From the sequence record SRR20825006_1005: 64,000 nucleotides of DNA. One strand, given 5' to 3'. The translations under genes and the position numbers were made by a program. This document shows, in pieces, positions 1-10,257 of the stretch (position 1 is its first letter; every line of letters starts with the position of its first letter). The notes under the pieces were generated by a model. The model saw nothing but the letters and a program-made list of their open reading frames with translations. It was not told the origin of the DNA and ran no database searches.

Positions 1-25
1 TGCGGCTCAATAAATCAACAGCCTG

Positions 26-388
26 CTAGCCCATTCCCTCGATCATCGCTTTTCGGTGTGCGACGGCTTCCTTTTTGGTCTTGAACGTCAAGAAACGTTG
101 GACCCCGTCTTCCTGCCAAGTCGCCACCCAGCGGCCGTAGAAGTTTCGGCTGACACCTGTAATGCCAGACGTGTTGTTGGTGGGTTTCTTGCGAGGCCCT
201 TTGCGCCATTGTCGCTCGCCGAGCTCTTTGATTTTGGCATCACGCCATTTCTGGGCCTTGGCCAGCGACTTTCGGATCCCACCATCGGAGAACCGAAAGT
301 ACTTAGAGTGCTGCTCGCCTTCGCGAACGATTCGAACGGTCCAGCCTTCGGGACCCCGAGAGATGTTTAGGTTTTTGTTCTTGCTCAT
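26..388 (-). CDS. Small basic protein with two AP2-like DNA-binding domains
   Basis: WTVRIVREGEQHSKYF...AQKWRD and NNTSGITGVS...RWVATW...FKTKKEAVAHR resemble AP2 domains; start trimmed to ATG 388. Confidence 0.65.
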   Translation of the reverse strand: MSKNKNLNISRGPEGWTVRIVREGEQHSKYFRFSDGGIRKSLAKAQKWRDAKIKELGERQWRKGPRKKPTNNTSGITGVSRNFYGRWVATWQEDGVQRFLTFKTKKEAVAHRKAMIEGMG

Positions 389-483
389 GCTTTCTACGAT
401 AACCTGCCCCAATCGGCCGATCAACACAGAGTTCACGCACGGTCCCCGGATCTTGCGGGATCAAACCGCCTGAAAGCAGCGAA

Positions 484-1749
484 TCAGGGCGATTCCCAGC
501 CAACAGGCTGGGTCCAAGCCTGCTGTTTTTGGTCCTTGAACGACGGGTCTCGGGGAGGTTGGTCGCTGGTCACGACCGCCCGAACATAAAGTTCTTTCCC
601 CGTCAGCGTGTATTGAGGCTGAAGGCTGCCGGACGTTCCCACGGTCACACCAATTCGGTGTTCATCGATCAAACCGTCTTCTTTGGCCAGCGTCGCGATG
701 AATTCGGTTTGGTACGTCGTGTCGGGTTCGGATTGGATTTTCAGCGACAGTGTCTTCGATTTCGCATCGTATTTCACATCGTCCAGGCTGACTCCACTGG
801 ATGCGTAGAAGTCGCCGCGTTTCATCGCTCGAATCAGGTGTTCAGGCGTCAGGTATTGGCTGCGGACCATCACCCAACCGCGGCCGGGACGCGATCCGGG
901 TTTGCCGTGGTATTCGTGGCTGTCGTCGGTCGCGATACCCATCATCGGCGGGACGTTCAGTGAAGTCTGACGCAGGGCGTTGATGATATCCCACATCCGT
1001 TCGATACTGGGGTGTTCGTCATCGCCAAGATGGTTGACGCCCGGGTGCCCGTTGTAAACCTCAAAGAAACGTTCGGAGACAACTGAGGCGAGGTCCTCGG
1101 CGGTGACGGCGTAGTGGAAGTTCGGGTGGTTCACGTGCGGCAGAACTTCTCGGCCGTGTGCCTTTTCGTGTTCCAGGATCGCTCGCAAGTTGTTCTCGAT
1201 CACTTGGCGAACCGTATCGCCTCCGGCGGGTTCGAGGGCTTCGGCCAGGTTCGTCGCGTTGATGTGAACCGGTTTGCCTTCACCGCGATCGCTGATTTCT
1301 TCGGCGGGAATCAGGATGAATTGGTGATGCTGTTCAACCAAATAACGGAACTCATCGAGCGGTTTGAGTCGCACTTGGTAGTCAGCTTCGCCTTCGGTGC
1401 CCCGAGTTTCCACCCAAGCATTGCCGAATCGGGCTCGGTAGCGATCCAGAATTCCATCGTCACTGCGTTGCAGAATTTTCGAGTAGTCCATCCATCGCGA
1501 GCCTTCGCTGAGCACGTTGTGGTCGGTCAGGGCCAGGAAGTTGTAGCCTTCGGATTGGTACCAGTCCGCAATCATCTCAGGAAATTGATCGCCATCGCTC
1601 CAGAGCGAATGCGTGTGGATGTTTCCCTTCCACCATTGAGGTGCCGGTTCATCGCCGTGACACAGCGACGTGAAACATGGAATGGTGAGGCAAAGTGCGA
1701 GGAAGGAAAGAGGCAGGAGGCAACGATGCAGGCACTGGGAGAGTTTCAT
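484..1749 (-). CDS. Secreted PHP-domain metallohydrolase (CehA/McbA-like)
   Basis: Signal peptide; GNIHTHS, LTDHN, NHP and TDDSH metal-binding motifs; start trimmed to ATG 1749. Confidence 0.75.
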   Translation of the reverse strand: MKLSQCLHRCLLPLSFLALCLTIPCFTSLCHGDEPAPQWWKGNIHTHSLWSDGDQFPEMIADWYQSEGYNFLALTDHNVLSEGSRWMDYSKILQRSDDGILDRYRARFGNAWVETRGTEGEADYQVRLKPLDEFRYLVEQHHQFILIPAEEISDRGEGKPVHINATNLAEALEPAGGDTVRQVIENNLRAILEHEKAHGREVLPHVNHPNFHYAVTAEDLASVVSERFFEVYNGHPGVNHLGDDEHPSIERMWDIINALRQTSLNVPPMMGIATDDSHEYHGKPGSRPGRGWVMVRSQYLTPEHLIRAMKRGDFYASSGVSLDDVKYDAKSKTLSLKIQSEPDTTYQTEFIATLAKEDGLIDEHRIGVTVGTSGSLQPQYTLTGKELYVRAVVTSDQPPRDPSFKDQKQQAWTQPVGWESP

Positions 1750-2317
1750 GGTGGGTTTCAGGCGAGAGAGTTGGCGGGAGGTCGAGTGCAAGTCACGAAG
1801 TAGAACCATTGTCTTCAACGGTTCAGGTGAAGGCTCATCGTATTTAAGAAGTGTGGAGCGATCGCGGCGGACGTTGTTGCGTCGAGTCAGTTGGCTTGGG
1901 GAGGAACGCCGTTCGACGGGCTGTCCCTGGACAGATGTTCTGCATGGAGGCAAGTTTCACGGAAGTGTTTCGTCACGAGCGTCCTTTGTACTGGACGCTT
2001 CAGTAGGAGACATTCTTTGCCCATCAAATCTTCATGGGGCGAGTTGGCTGAATCCTCGCGTATTTGGCTTGAAAACGAGCCTGAAAGTCGGCTGGCGAAA
2101 AACTTCACGATTTTTCGGATTGCCGTCAAAGTTTGCCCGATCGGAACCCGATACCTACTTTCGGATGAAGGTCTCGTTCCATTCGGTGGAACGATGATGG
2201 GCGAGACTTTTGTAGGGGGGCTTTCCACACTCGGCCCGACCGGGGACATGCCATGCCGCACTCGCGGCACTCGTGGGGCATGTTCTGCGGCGGCACCGCG
2301 CCAGGGAAGTCCAGGGC

Positions 2318-4783
2318 ATGAATCGCTCATTGATCCGTTTGACTGCACAACTGCAATTGGGAATTACCCTCCTGATCGCCTGTGGGTGCGCTCCAACTCA
2401 GCCGTTCTTCTTGAACGAGTCTCCGGACCTGAACTACTATCTCAACTCAGCCACCCAGATTGAATATCCGGATGTGGACGTGGAGAGTCTGCCCGAAACG
2501 ACGGAGTCGCTGCCGCCGCTGGCGATCGGCAACCACGACTACCAGTTCTGGGATTTGACGCTGGAAGAAGCGACCAACATCGCGCTGCAAAACGCGAAGT
2601 TCTTCGTCACCACCAGCGGCATCGCAGAAACACGTCAAAACGTGGCTGACCAGTTCATCAGCAGCACGTTCGAGCAAGTAGGCAGCATTTATGATGTTGC
2701 CATCCAGCAATCAACTACTCAGTCGGTCCCGTTGACCGTTGACAGCAATGGCAACCGCACGCTGCCTCGTGGTGTTCTGCGAGCCAACCAAGTTGGCGGT
2801 GTCGAAGATGCTTTGGCTGAGTTCGATGCTCAAGCCAGCGGGTTCATCAGTTACAGCAACACCGACCGTCCACGAAACTCGGGCAACAGTGCTGTTTCAA
2901 CCTCGTTGTTTCAATCCGACGATGTGACGGCACAAGCCGCGATCAGCAAACGGTTCGCTACCGGTGGTGTTGCCACACTTCGCCACCAACTGGTGTACGG
3001 ACACAACAACCTGCCAACCGCACCGCTGGCAGCCAACTCGGCATCGCGAGTTGTTTCGAGTGACTACACCGTTTCGATGGAAGCTCAAGTGCAACAGCCA
3101 TTGATGCGGAACCGAGGCACTATGGTCAACCGAATTCCGGTTGTCTTGGCCAGCCTCAACGAAGACGTGTCGATTGCCGAATACGAAGTCCAGGTTCGCA
3201 ACTTGGTCCGTGATGTCGAGAACGCCTACTGGGACCTGTATGTTGCTTACCGCAACGTGGCCACTTCGGTGGTCGGTCGTAACAGTGCGATCGCAACGGC
3301 ACAGTTTGCTCAACTCGCTTTGGAAAACGGTACCGGCACGCTGCAAGAGTTGTCGCAAGCCAAAGGTCAATACTTCCAGTTCAAGGCACAGCTTGAGACT
3401 GCACTCGCCGGATCGAACCTGCCTGGCCCCGACCGATTCGGTGTCTATGGCTCGGAAAACCGTCTGCGTGAGTTGATGGGATTGGCGGCAACCGATGGTC
3501 GATTGATTCGTCCCATCGACGAGCCAACACTCGCTCGTGTTGAATTTGACTGGAACGAGTCGGTTGCACAGATGTTGTACCTGTCGCCCGAATTGCGTCG
3601 AACGAAGACCCGCATCAAACAACAAGAGTTGGAGCTGATCTCAACAAAGAACCAAATCCTTCCCGAGGTGAACTTGTCATTGCTTTACCGCTGGGTGGGT
3701 GTCGGTGACACGCTTGGTCCTCCTGATGGTGGAACCGGCGAATTTCCTGAACCTGGAAGTTCAGCACTGGGCAGTTTTACCGGTGGTGATTTCCAAGAAG
3801 GGGCGGTTCGCCTCGAAGTGACTCCTCCCGCGATTGGTAGCCGCCGAGAGCTTGCTCGAATCCAAGGTTCGAAGTTCCGATTGGCTGCAGCCCGCAGTAA
3901 GTTGCAAGAAGACGAACGTCTGATGGTCAGCAAGTTGTCCGATGCGATCCGCAAGGCTCAGTCGCACTACCAACTGACGCAAACCAACGCACAGCAATGG
4001 CAAGCTTTCGAAACCGAAGTGGAAACTCGATTGGCTGAATTCGAAGCCGGTACACGTGACATCAACGTGGTCCTGCAAAGTCAGCAACGAAAGGCTCAAG
4101 CGGAAATCAACTACTACCGTGCCTTGGCTGAGTACAGCAAATCGTTGAGCTACGTTGATTACTTGAAGGGCACCTTGCTGGCCAACAGCGGCATCGTGTT
4201 GCGAGAAGGACCTTGGAACAAGAAAGCCTACTGGGATGCACTGGAACGTGCTCGCGAACGAAGTGCTGGCAAGAAGCTGCAGTACGGCGTGACTCGTCCA
4301 GGTGTGGTTCGCCAAGGACCGGTTCGTGATGCGAACTCCGCTTCGCAGATCATCGGCAGTGGTGCCAATACCCACGGACAAATTTTGCCACCGGGTGAGT
4401 TCGAGATGAACGCGGCGGATGGCCAAGTCATCTTCGGCGATGCCAACGGCGAAGCCTTGCCAATGGACATGGGAATCGTTCGCGATCCGATCCGAATCGA
4501 AGACCAACCACTGAGCGAGTACGGCAACAGTACTCACGAAATGTTGCAGGCTCCTCAGCCCATCGATCGACTGTCACCTCCCGTGACTGTCCCGACACCG
4601 GTTCCTTCGATTGAATCGGCTCAGCCACTTCGATCGCCCGCCGCATCGTCCAGCGATGGTGCGTCGTGGGGAACGGCTCGCCGAGTCCAGCCGGCAGCTT
4701 ACACGGCACCCGCGGTGACATCGGCTGCGGAACCCGCCGAGTACGCACCGCAACCTGTGCGACGGAAACCCATCCCTCGCTGA
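2318..4783 (+). CDS. TolC-family outer membrane channel, probable lipoprotein with Pro-rich tail
   Basis: LIACGC lipobox-like; LTLEEATNIALQN, VENAYWDL and LPEVNL outer membrane efflux protein repeats. Confidence 0.8.
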   Translation: MNRSLIRLTAQLQLGITLLIACGCAPTQPFFLNESPDLNYYLNSATQIEYPDVDVESLPETTESLPPLAIGNHDYQFWDLTLEEATNIALQNAKFFVTTSGIAETRQNVADQFISSTFEQVGSIYDVAIQQSTTQSVPLTVDSNGNRTLPRGVLRANQVGGVEDALAEFDAQASGFISYSNTDRPRNSGNSAVSTSLFQSDDVTAQAAISKRFATGGVATLRHQLVYGHNNLPTAPLAANSASRVVSSDYTVSMEAQVQQPLMRNRGTMVNRIPVVLASLNEDVSIAEYEVQVRNLVRDVENAYWDLYVAYRNVATSVVGRNSAIATAQFAQLALENGTGTLQELSQAKGQYFQFKAQLETALAGSNLPGPDRFGVYGSENRLRELMGLAATDGRLIRPIDEPTLARVEFDWNESVAQMLYLSPELRRTKTRIKQQELELISTKNQILPEVNLSLLYRWVGVGDTLGPPDGGTGEFPEPGSSALGSFTGGDFQEGAVRLEVTPPAIGSRRELARIQGSKFRLAAARSKLQEDERLMVSKLSDAIRKAQSHYQLTQTNAQQWQAFETEVETRLAEFEAGTRDINVVLQSQQRKAQAEINYYRALAEYSKSLSYVDYLKGTLLANSGIVLREGPWNKKAYWDALERARERSAGKKLQYGVTRPGVVRQGPVRDANSASQIIGSGANTHGQILPPGEFEMNAADGQVIFGDANGEALPMDMGIVRDPIRIEDQPLSEYGNSTHEMLQAPQPIDRLSPPVTVPTPVPSIESAQPLRSPAASSSDGASWGTARRVQPAAYTAPAVTSAAEPAEYAPQPVRRKPIPR

Positions 4784-4860
4784 AACACCTGAACACGAAC
4801 CAGATCTGAGTCACTGACCGGCTGATCGCTGGCAGACTCGGAACGGTTCTCATCACCTTC

Positions 4861-5136
4861 GTAGGGGCGGAGGCTTGGGTGGTTGTCGTCCGACACACGC
4901 GCGTTGGATCCACGACCCACCCCCACGACTAGCTCGACCGGTCTGCTTGCAGGCCCGTCGGGCTTTTCGTCGTTCTCAGACCAGTACGATGGTCTTCCAA
5001 GACCGTCGCGCACACTGGACTTATTTTCGTCGCACACCGACGGGCTAGGAAACGCATTGTGCAGAGTCGGTTTCGACGGGCTTGGAACCCCATCGTACGG
5101 AGTGAGTTTGCGACGGGCTGGGGAAGCCCATCGTAC
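4861..5136. repeat. REP-like cluster of ~25 bp palindromic units in inverted orientations
   Basis: GTACGATGGTCTTCCAAGACCGTCG (4984-5008) with inverted copies at 5074-5098 and 5111-5136; degenerate copies at 5038-5062 and ~4946-4960; separate GTAGGG...CGACCCACCCCCAC element at 4861-4926. Confidence 0.75.
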
Positions 5137-5288
5137 GGTGAGGGCGGCTGGCATGATTTTGGTTGGCGGGTTAGGAAAGTTTCGGCGGCCTGCTAGCATT
5201 GATGTTGCACGCCGGTCGAACCGAACCAATCCAAGCTCGAGCACCTCCGGTCGTTCCCACACCTTTTTATCCTCACTGTTTTCCGACC

Positions 5289-6836
5289 ATGATTCGCACG
5301 CGATTTGCCCCCAGCCCGACCGGATACTTGCACATCGGTGGCGTCCGCACCGCACTTTTCAATTGGCTGCTCGCGAAACAGGCTGGCGGGCAATTCATTC
5401 TTCGGATCGATGACACGGACGCCGGACGAAACGTCGATGCGGCCCTGAAACCGATCTTGGACGGTTTTCGTTGGCTCGGAATGGATTGGGATGAAGGCCC
5501 CGATGTCGGCGGACCCCACGGCCCTTACTTCCAATCGGAGCGAGGTGACCAGTACCGAGCCGCTGCCGAGAAGCTGCTCGCCGATGGCCACGCATATCGC
5601 GATTTTGCCAAACCGGAAGAATTGCAAACGCTTCGCGAAGAAGCTCAGAAAGCGGGCGAGGCGTTTGTCTACGATCGACGCTGGATGGCGGAAGACGAAG
5701 CGACCGCGGCCAAATTCGAAGCCGAAGGTCGACAAGGCGTCGTGCGTCTGAAGATGCCACGCGAAGGCCAGTGCGTGATTCAAGATTTGATCCGTGGCGA
5801 AGTCGTCGTGGAATGGGCTTCCGAACAAGACCACGTGATCGCGCGCGCAGACGGCAGCCCGCTGTATCACTTGGCCAGTGTGGTCGATGATCACGAACTG
5901 AAGATCACGCACGTCGTTCGCGCCGCGGAGCACTTGCCCAACACGGCTCGCCAAGTCTTCATCGCTCAGTCGCTTGGGTATGACCTGCCAATTTACGCTC
6001 ACCTGCCCTACGTGGCTGAACCTGGTGGATCGGCCAAGTTGAGCAAACGCAAACTCGACAAGTACAAAAAGAACCGCGACTTCGCCGTGTTGCTGGCTCA
6101 TGGCGAAAAGATCGCCGAGCGTTGCAACATGCAAATCGATGCGGACACGTTCAATCCTGTTCTGGTTGATTTCTACCGCGAGATCGGATTCTTGCCCGAT
6201 GCGTTGCTGAATTACTTGTTGTTGCTTGGGTGGTCGCTCGATGGCGAAACCGAGAAGTTCACGATCGCGGAAATGATCGAGAAGTTCACTCTGGATCGCG
6301 TCAACAAAGCTCCCGCCTCATTCGATCCGGCCAAACTGCAATCGTTCCAGGGCGACGCATTCGCGGAATTGTCCGATGAGAAGCGGACCGAGTTGGTGCG
6401 TCCGTTTGCGGTTGCCGCAGGCTTTGTTGCCGATGGCGATTCCAACGAAACGTTGAAAGCTGTTCTGGCTGCGGCGGGCGATCGTTTGAAAATGGCCGGC
6501 GACATCATCGATTTCGACTATTGCTTCGTGGACGACTATGCCGTCGACGAAAAAGCGTACGAGAAACGATTGGTCAAAGCCGATGGTGCGAAGGAGTTGC
6601 TGGCGAAGCTGAATGAGACTCTGAAAGCAGCGACTGAGTTCGACGCCGCCAGCGTGGAAACGACGGTGAAGTCATTCTGCGAATCCGAAGGCATCAAGAT
6701 CGGGCAAATCATTCACGCGTTGCGAGTGGCGACGACGGGAGCGGCCAGCGGTTTCGGCATGTTCGACACGCTCGCGGTCTTGGGAAAAGACAAGGTGACC
6801 GCACGAATCGAAAAGACGATCGCTGGCCTATCCTAG
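5289..6836 (+). CDS. gltX: Glutamate--tRNA ligase
   Basis: [23 protein letters not shown] and KLSKR class I motifs. Confidence 0.97.
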   Translation: MIRTRFAPSPTGYLHIGGVRTALFNWLLAKQAGGQFILRIDDTDAGRNVDAALKPILDGFRWLGMDWDEGPDVGGPHGPYFQSERGDQYRAAAEKLLADGHAYRDFAKPEELQTLREEAQKAGEAFVYDRRWMAEDEATAAKFEAEGRQGVVRLKMPREGQCVIQDLIRGEVVVEWASEQDHVIARADGSPLYHLASVVDDHELKITHVVRAAEHLPNTARQVFIAQSLGYDLPIYAHLPYVAEPGGSAKLSKRKLDKYKKNRDFAVLLAHGEKIAERCNMQIDADTFNPVLVDFYREIGFLPDALLNYLLLLGWSLDGETEKFTIAEMIEKFTLDRVNKAPASFDPAKLQSFQGDAFAELSDEKRTELVRPFAVAAGFVADGDSNETLKAVLAAAGDRLKMAGDIIDFDYCFVDDYAVDEKAYEKRLVKADGAKELLAKLNETLKAATEFDAASVETTVKSFCESEGIKIGQIIHALRVATTGAASGFGMFDTLAVLGKDKVTARIEKTIAGLS

Positions 6837-6907
6837 GCAAGCGGTGGTTCGCAACCTGTCGCTCGGTGGTCCCCCACCGAGATGAACCTTGGTCTGTCTC
6901 GGTAATC

Positions 6908-8308
6908 CTAGAACCACACTTCGCTCAACTGCCCCGATTCGAGTTCGTTGGCGTAGCTGAGGTAGTAATTGCGATTGGGCGCGTTGTACTCCCTCGCGGC
7001 GAGGGCCCGGAGAGCTGTGATCTTGACCTTGCGTGCGAGCTTGACGTCGGCATTGTCTAGCCATTTCACATGGTCGGAAAGTTCCAGCGCCCATTGGAAT
7101 TCTTCTTTTGCCAGGGCTGATTCCATCTGCTCGGTCAGCTCCTGTGTGCCGCCCGCCAGCTCAGCCATTTTCTTCGCCTTGAGTTTTGGCTGCAGCGGAT
7201 TCAACGTCGTTGGGCTGCCGTCGTACCAGCCTAACAGCCCGGCATAGATCGCTCGTACCGCGTGCGGCACCGAACCATAAAACTGAATCAGGTACGGCTT
7301 GTCTTTTAGGTGTTCAGGAAGCTTGACTTCGTGTGCCAGTTGATCAGGACCTTTGCCGGCGTTGATGCCGCGGACGGTTTGGTCGTAGACACTGCGGATC
7401 GCTTCGCTGTAATCGTTCAGTGCGGTGGTGGCGGCATCCTGACCTTGAATCGGCATGGTGTGGCCGGGGATCAGGACGTCTGGTTTGAACGTCGCCATCT
7501 TAGCAACGCTCTCGGACCAACTCAGCACGTCGCGATAGGCCGTTCCGCGAATCGCATACAGGTTGGGGAAGGAACTGTAGAAGTTGTCACCCGCAAGCAG
7601 CACCTTCTCCTTTGGCAGCCAGATGAACATGGCATCGCCGGTTTCGCCTGGTCCGTTATGAAATTCGATTTCGACGCCCGCGATTGTCGTTTTAAGTCCG
7701 TCGCTGGGAACGGTGATCGTCGGTGGAAGGAATCCTTTGCCACGGTCGCCGTCTTCGGTATTGGCTGGAGCGACACCGCGGTTGGTACTCTCTGAAGGCG
7801 GAAGATTGCGGCCAAACTGGCGTACGTTTCGTTTCGCTTTCACCGGATCAACCGCTTTGTTGACGCCTTCGGCTGAACCAAAGGTTTCGGTTGCGTAGAC
7901 ATCCGGTTTCTCATCGCCAACGAAGGCACTGGCTCCACCGGTGTGGTCGCCGTGGCTGTGGGTATAGATGATCGCTTTGACCGGTTTGTCACTGTATTGC
8001 CGAAAGGCTGCCGCAGCTTTGGACGCACTGGAGGGGCCGAAAAGGGTGTCGACGATGATGACCCCGTCGGTACCAACGATCATGGATGTGTTTGCGCCGT
8101 GAAAACCAACCGCAGTGAAGACATTGTCGGCGACTTTGACCACGCCCTTCTCGAACTGCTGTTGCTGAGCGTTCAGCATCCTCAGTGCGGTTTCGGGGGC
8201 GACCTGAGTTTGTCCATTGGCAACGCCCGCAGCTAACACAAAGAAGCCAAGTAAGATCGTCGTTCGCAAGCTTCTGCCAAAACGGATTCGAAAGTGGATT
8301 TTGTTCAT
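6908..8308 (-). CDS. Secreted alkyl/aryl sulfatase, metallo-beta-lactamase fold (SdsA1/BDS1-like)
   Basis: Signal peptide; THSHGDH, PGET, FPNLYAIRG and PGH motifs; dimerisation region GWYDG..LNPL. Confidence 0.88.
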   Translation of the reverse strand: MNKIHFRIRFGRSLRTTILLGFFVLAAGVANGQTQVAPETALRMLNAQQQQFEKGVVKVADNVFTAVGFHGANTSMIVGTDGVIIVDTLFGPSSASKAAAAFRQYSDKPVKAIIYTHSHGDHTGGASAFVGDEKPDVYATETFGSAEGVNKAVDPVKAKRNVRQFGRNLPPSESTNRGVAPANTEDGDRGKGFLPPTITVPSDGLKTTIAGVEIEFHNGPGETGDAMFIWLPKEKVLLAGDNFYSSFPNLYAIRGTAYRDVLSWSESVAKMATFKPDVLIPGHTMPIQGQDAATTALNDYSEAIRSVYDQTVRGINAGKGPDQLAHEVKLPEHLKDKPYLIQFYGSVPHAVRAIYAGLLGWYDGSPTTLNPLQPKLKAKKMAELAGGTQELTEQMESALAKEEFQWALELSDHVKWLDNADVKLARKVKITALRALAAREYNAPNRNYYLSYANELESGQLSEVWF

Positions 8309-8312
8309 GGGT

Positions 8313-8765
8313 TTAATCCTTTGTGAGATGGGTCTTGAGGTTTTTCTGCATGTGATGCAGAACGTTTTGTGCGGCATCCAGTTCCTTCTTTGAAATTCCT
8401 TTCAAAGCGATCTTCCGCAGGTCATCCAATAGCGGGAGGACCTTCTGCAATCGTTGCTCGCCTCGGCGGGTCAAGCCGATCATCACGATCCGAGCATCCT
8501 CGCTCGAGGCGTTTCGCTCTACGAACTGATGTTCGACAAGTCGATCCAACTGTCGTTTCACAGTCGTCGCATCACGGATCATTCGCGATGCCAGTTCGTT
8601 CATGCTCAGAGGCTGGCCGGCATCGGACAGCGTGATCAAGGTCTGTGTTTCCTCGGGTGAAAAAGGCCAGCAGGCTTTCTTCAGTTCCGCTCCCATTCCG
8701 GTGCGTATCAAGTAAGCGACTCGCCCAATGACAAATCCAGGCGAAGACTCTGAGTCAAAATGCAT
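8313..8765 (-). CDS. MarR family transcriptional regulator
   Basis: Winged HTH: MNELA..DATTVKRQLDRLV..VER..EDAR..LT. Confidence 0.92.
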   Translation of the reverse strand: MHFDSESSPGFVIGRVAYLIRTGMGAELKKACWPFSPEETQTLITLSDAGQPLSMNELASRMIRDATTVKRQLDRLVEHQFVERNASSEDARIVMIGLTRRGEQRLQKVLPLLDDLRKIALKGISKKELDAAQNVLHHMQKNLKTHLTKD

Positions 8766-9231
8766 GATCGCCTCCCGATGGCGTTGAAGTTGAAGTGCTC
8801 ATTGGTCCAGGCTGTTCCGTAGGGCTCGCCAAAATCGGCCGGTACCAATCGAAGTAGCAGTAGATCAACAATGCACAGGCTGCAAAATCAGGAAGCCCAA
8901 TCACGAGGTATTGATGGGCAAAGAATGTCACGTAAAGCAGAATGTTGACGACATACGGCAGCGACATCAGAACGGCCAGCGGCGCTGTCCGAGGTAAAAA
9001 CATCAGGCCGCCAGCAACGGTTTTGAAAAAGCCAACCCAGAAGATCAGATAACCAGTTTGCTCCAGTGCGATCATGAATCGTCCCACGTCATCGGGCGTG
9101 TCACCGACGGGATAGCCATTGATGGCAAAGCCCATCGTCATGATTCCCGTTCCAAACAGGAATGATGCGAAAAGGATCCGGGTGACCATGGCAACTCGCG
9201 GCAATCGGATGTTCCGTTTTTCTGCGGTCAT
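8755..9231 (-). CDS. DoxX-like membrane protein
   Basis: Four hydrophobic segments, FMIALEQTGYL, APLAVLMSLP.VVNI; overlaps the MarR start. Confidence 0.7.
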   Translation of the reverse strand: MTAEKRNIRLPRVAMVTRILFASFLFGTGIMTMGFAINGYPVGDTPDDVGRFMIALEQTGYLIFWVGFFKTVAGGLMFLPRTAPLAVLMSLPYVVNILLYVTFFAHQYLVIGLPDFAACALLIYCYFDWYRPILASPTEQPGPMSTSTSTPSGGDHAF

Positions 9232-9294
9232 GACATTTGTCGTGTGCGTGTTGCAAGGAAGCGGAGTGGAGCGTGGAATCATTTGCTTCGCCGG

Positions 9295-9329
9295 TATCTG
9301 TATAATGCAGGTAAGTGTCCGCGAGTCAA
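9295..9329 (-). promoter_or_regulatory. Sigma-70-like promoter with overlapping palindromic operator
   Basis: Minus strand TTGACT-N16-CATTAT; imperfect palindrome TATCTGTATAATGCAGGTA at 9295-9313 covers the -10. Confidence 0.55.
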
Positions 9330-9577
9330 CACTTTTTTGTGAAATTTTGCTCTTTGATGGGGCTGGTCGATTGGGAATGGCCAACTGGAGCAGGCATCCG
9401 ACTGGGAAAATTCGCCCGTTCAAGCCGTCATCGATTCGTCCGAGGTGGCCAATCCACCGGGACGGAAACTTCTGCGACATGCCGATTTTTCGACTCGCAC
9501 GGTGCTACGTCAGGCGAGACACAACTGCGGGCGATGTTGCCTGAGTGCCGCGAGCTGCGAATTTGGGCGGGCTAAGT

Positions 9578-10015
9578 TCAGGGCAGTTGGACTTCGATCG
9601 CCGTGCCGTTTTGTCGGATTGGAAAAACCGCTTGAAGAGGTTGGCGGCTGGTCGTTTGGGTTCCGGTTTCCAGTTCGTATTGCCATCCATGCCAGGGACA
9701 CGTCACGCAGCCGTCCGCGACATGACCTTCGGCGAGCGGTCCGCCTTGGTGGGTGCAGATTCCGTCCATCGCGTACCATTGGCCCGAATGAAAAATCACG
9801 GCGAGAATCCGATCACCTACCAAGGCTTCGCGTACAAATGATTCGGTCTCTGGGTTGGCAGCCAAGCGTTCGGCGAGTCCCGGTTCGGCCTCGTTCAAAT
9901 CAAACGCGACGTGCCACGGCAGGTCTTCTCGCGGTTGGCGGTTGTGATTTTGCTCGGCGAGTTCGTTGGGATACAAATTACGCTTCGGTTTTGGATCGGA
10001 ATTTGAATCGCTCAT
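9578..10015 (-). CDS. Rieske [2Fe-2S] ferredoxin
   Basis: CTHQGGPL...CPWHGW. Confidence 0.9.
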   Translation of the reverse strand: MSDSNSDPKPKRNLYPNELAEQNHNRQPREDLPWHVAFDLNEAEPGLAERLAANPETESFVREALVGDRILAVIFHSGQWYAMDGICTHQGGPLAEGHVADGCVTCPWHGWQYELETGTQTTSRQPLQAVFPIRQNGTAIEVQLP

Positions 10016-10257
10016 GGGGTCTGTCCGTGAAAAGCCTTTGGCAATGAGCGGGAAAGAAGGGCCGGTGCCCATTGCCAGAACGACCCAGCGGGGCTTTGCA
10101 CAAATGGTACCGGACGCTCGTTTCTCGACCGCTCCTGGAATGCATTCAGTGTGAAGTTTACTGGCGATCGCGGCGACCCCGGGGGGACACACTTGTCGAC
10201 TCGCCGTTACAATTCGGGCGTCCCTCAGCTCACACATCACTCCAACGAGACGATCGG

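Noticed and set aside
1670-2463. Overlapping 150-190 aa ORFs in the PHP/TolC divergent gap and similar alternative-frame ORFs elsewhere (e.g. 5193-6134, 16779-17831, 63276-63824)
   Set aside because: No motifs, atypical composition, and overlap with well-supported genes
4861-5136. CRISPR array
   Set aside because: Units are inverted, degenerate and irregularly spaced; no cas genes
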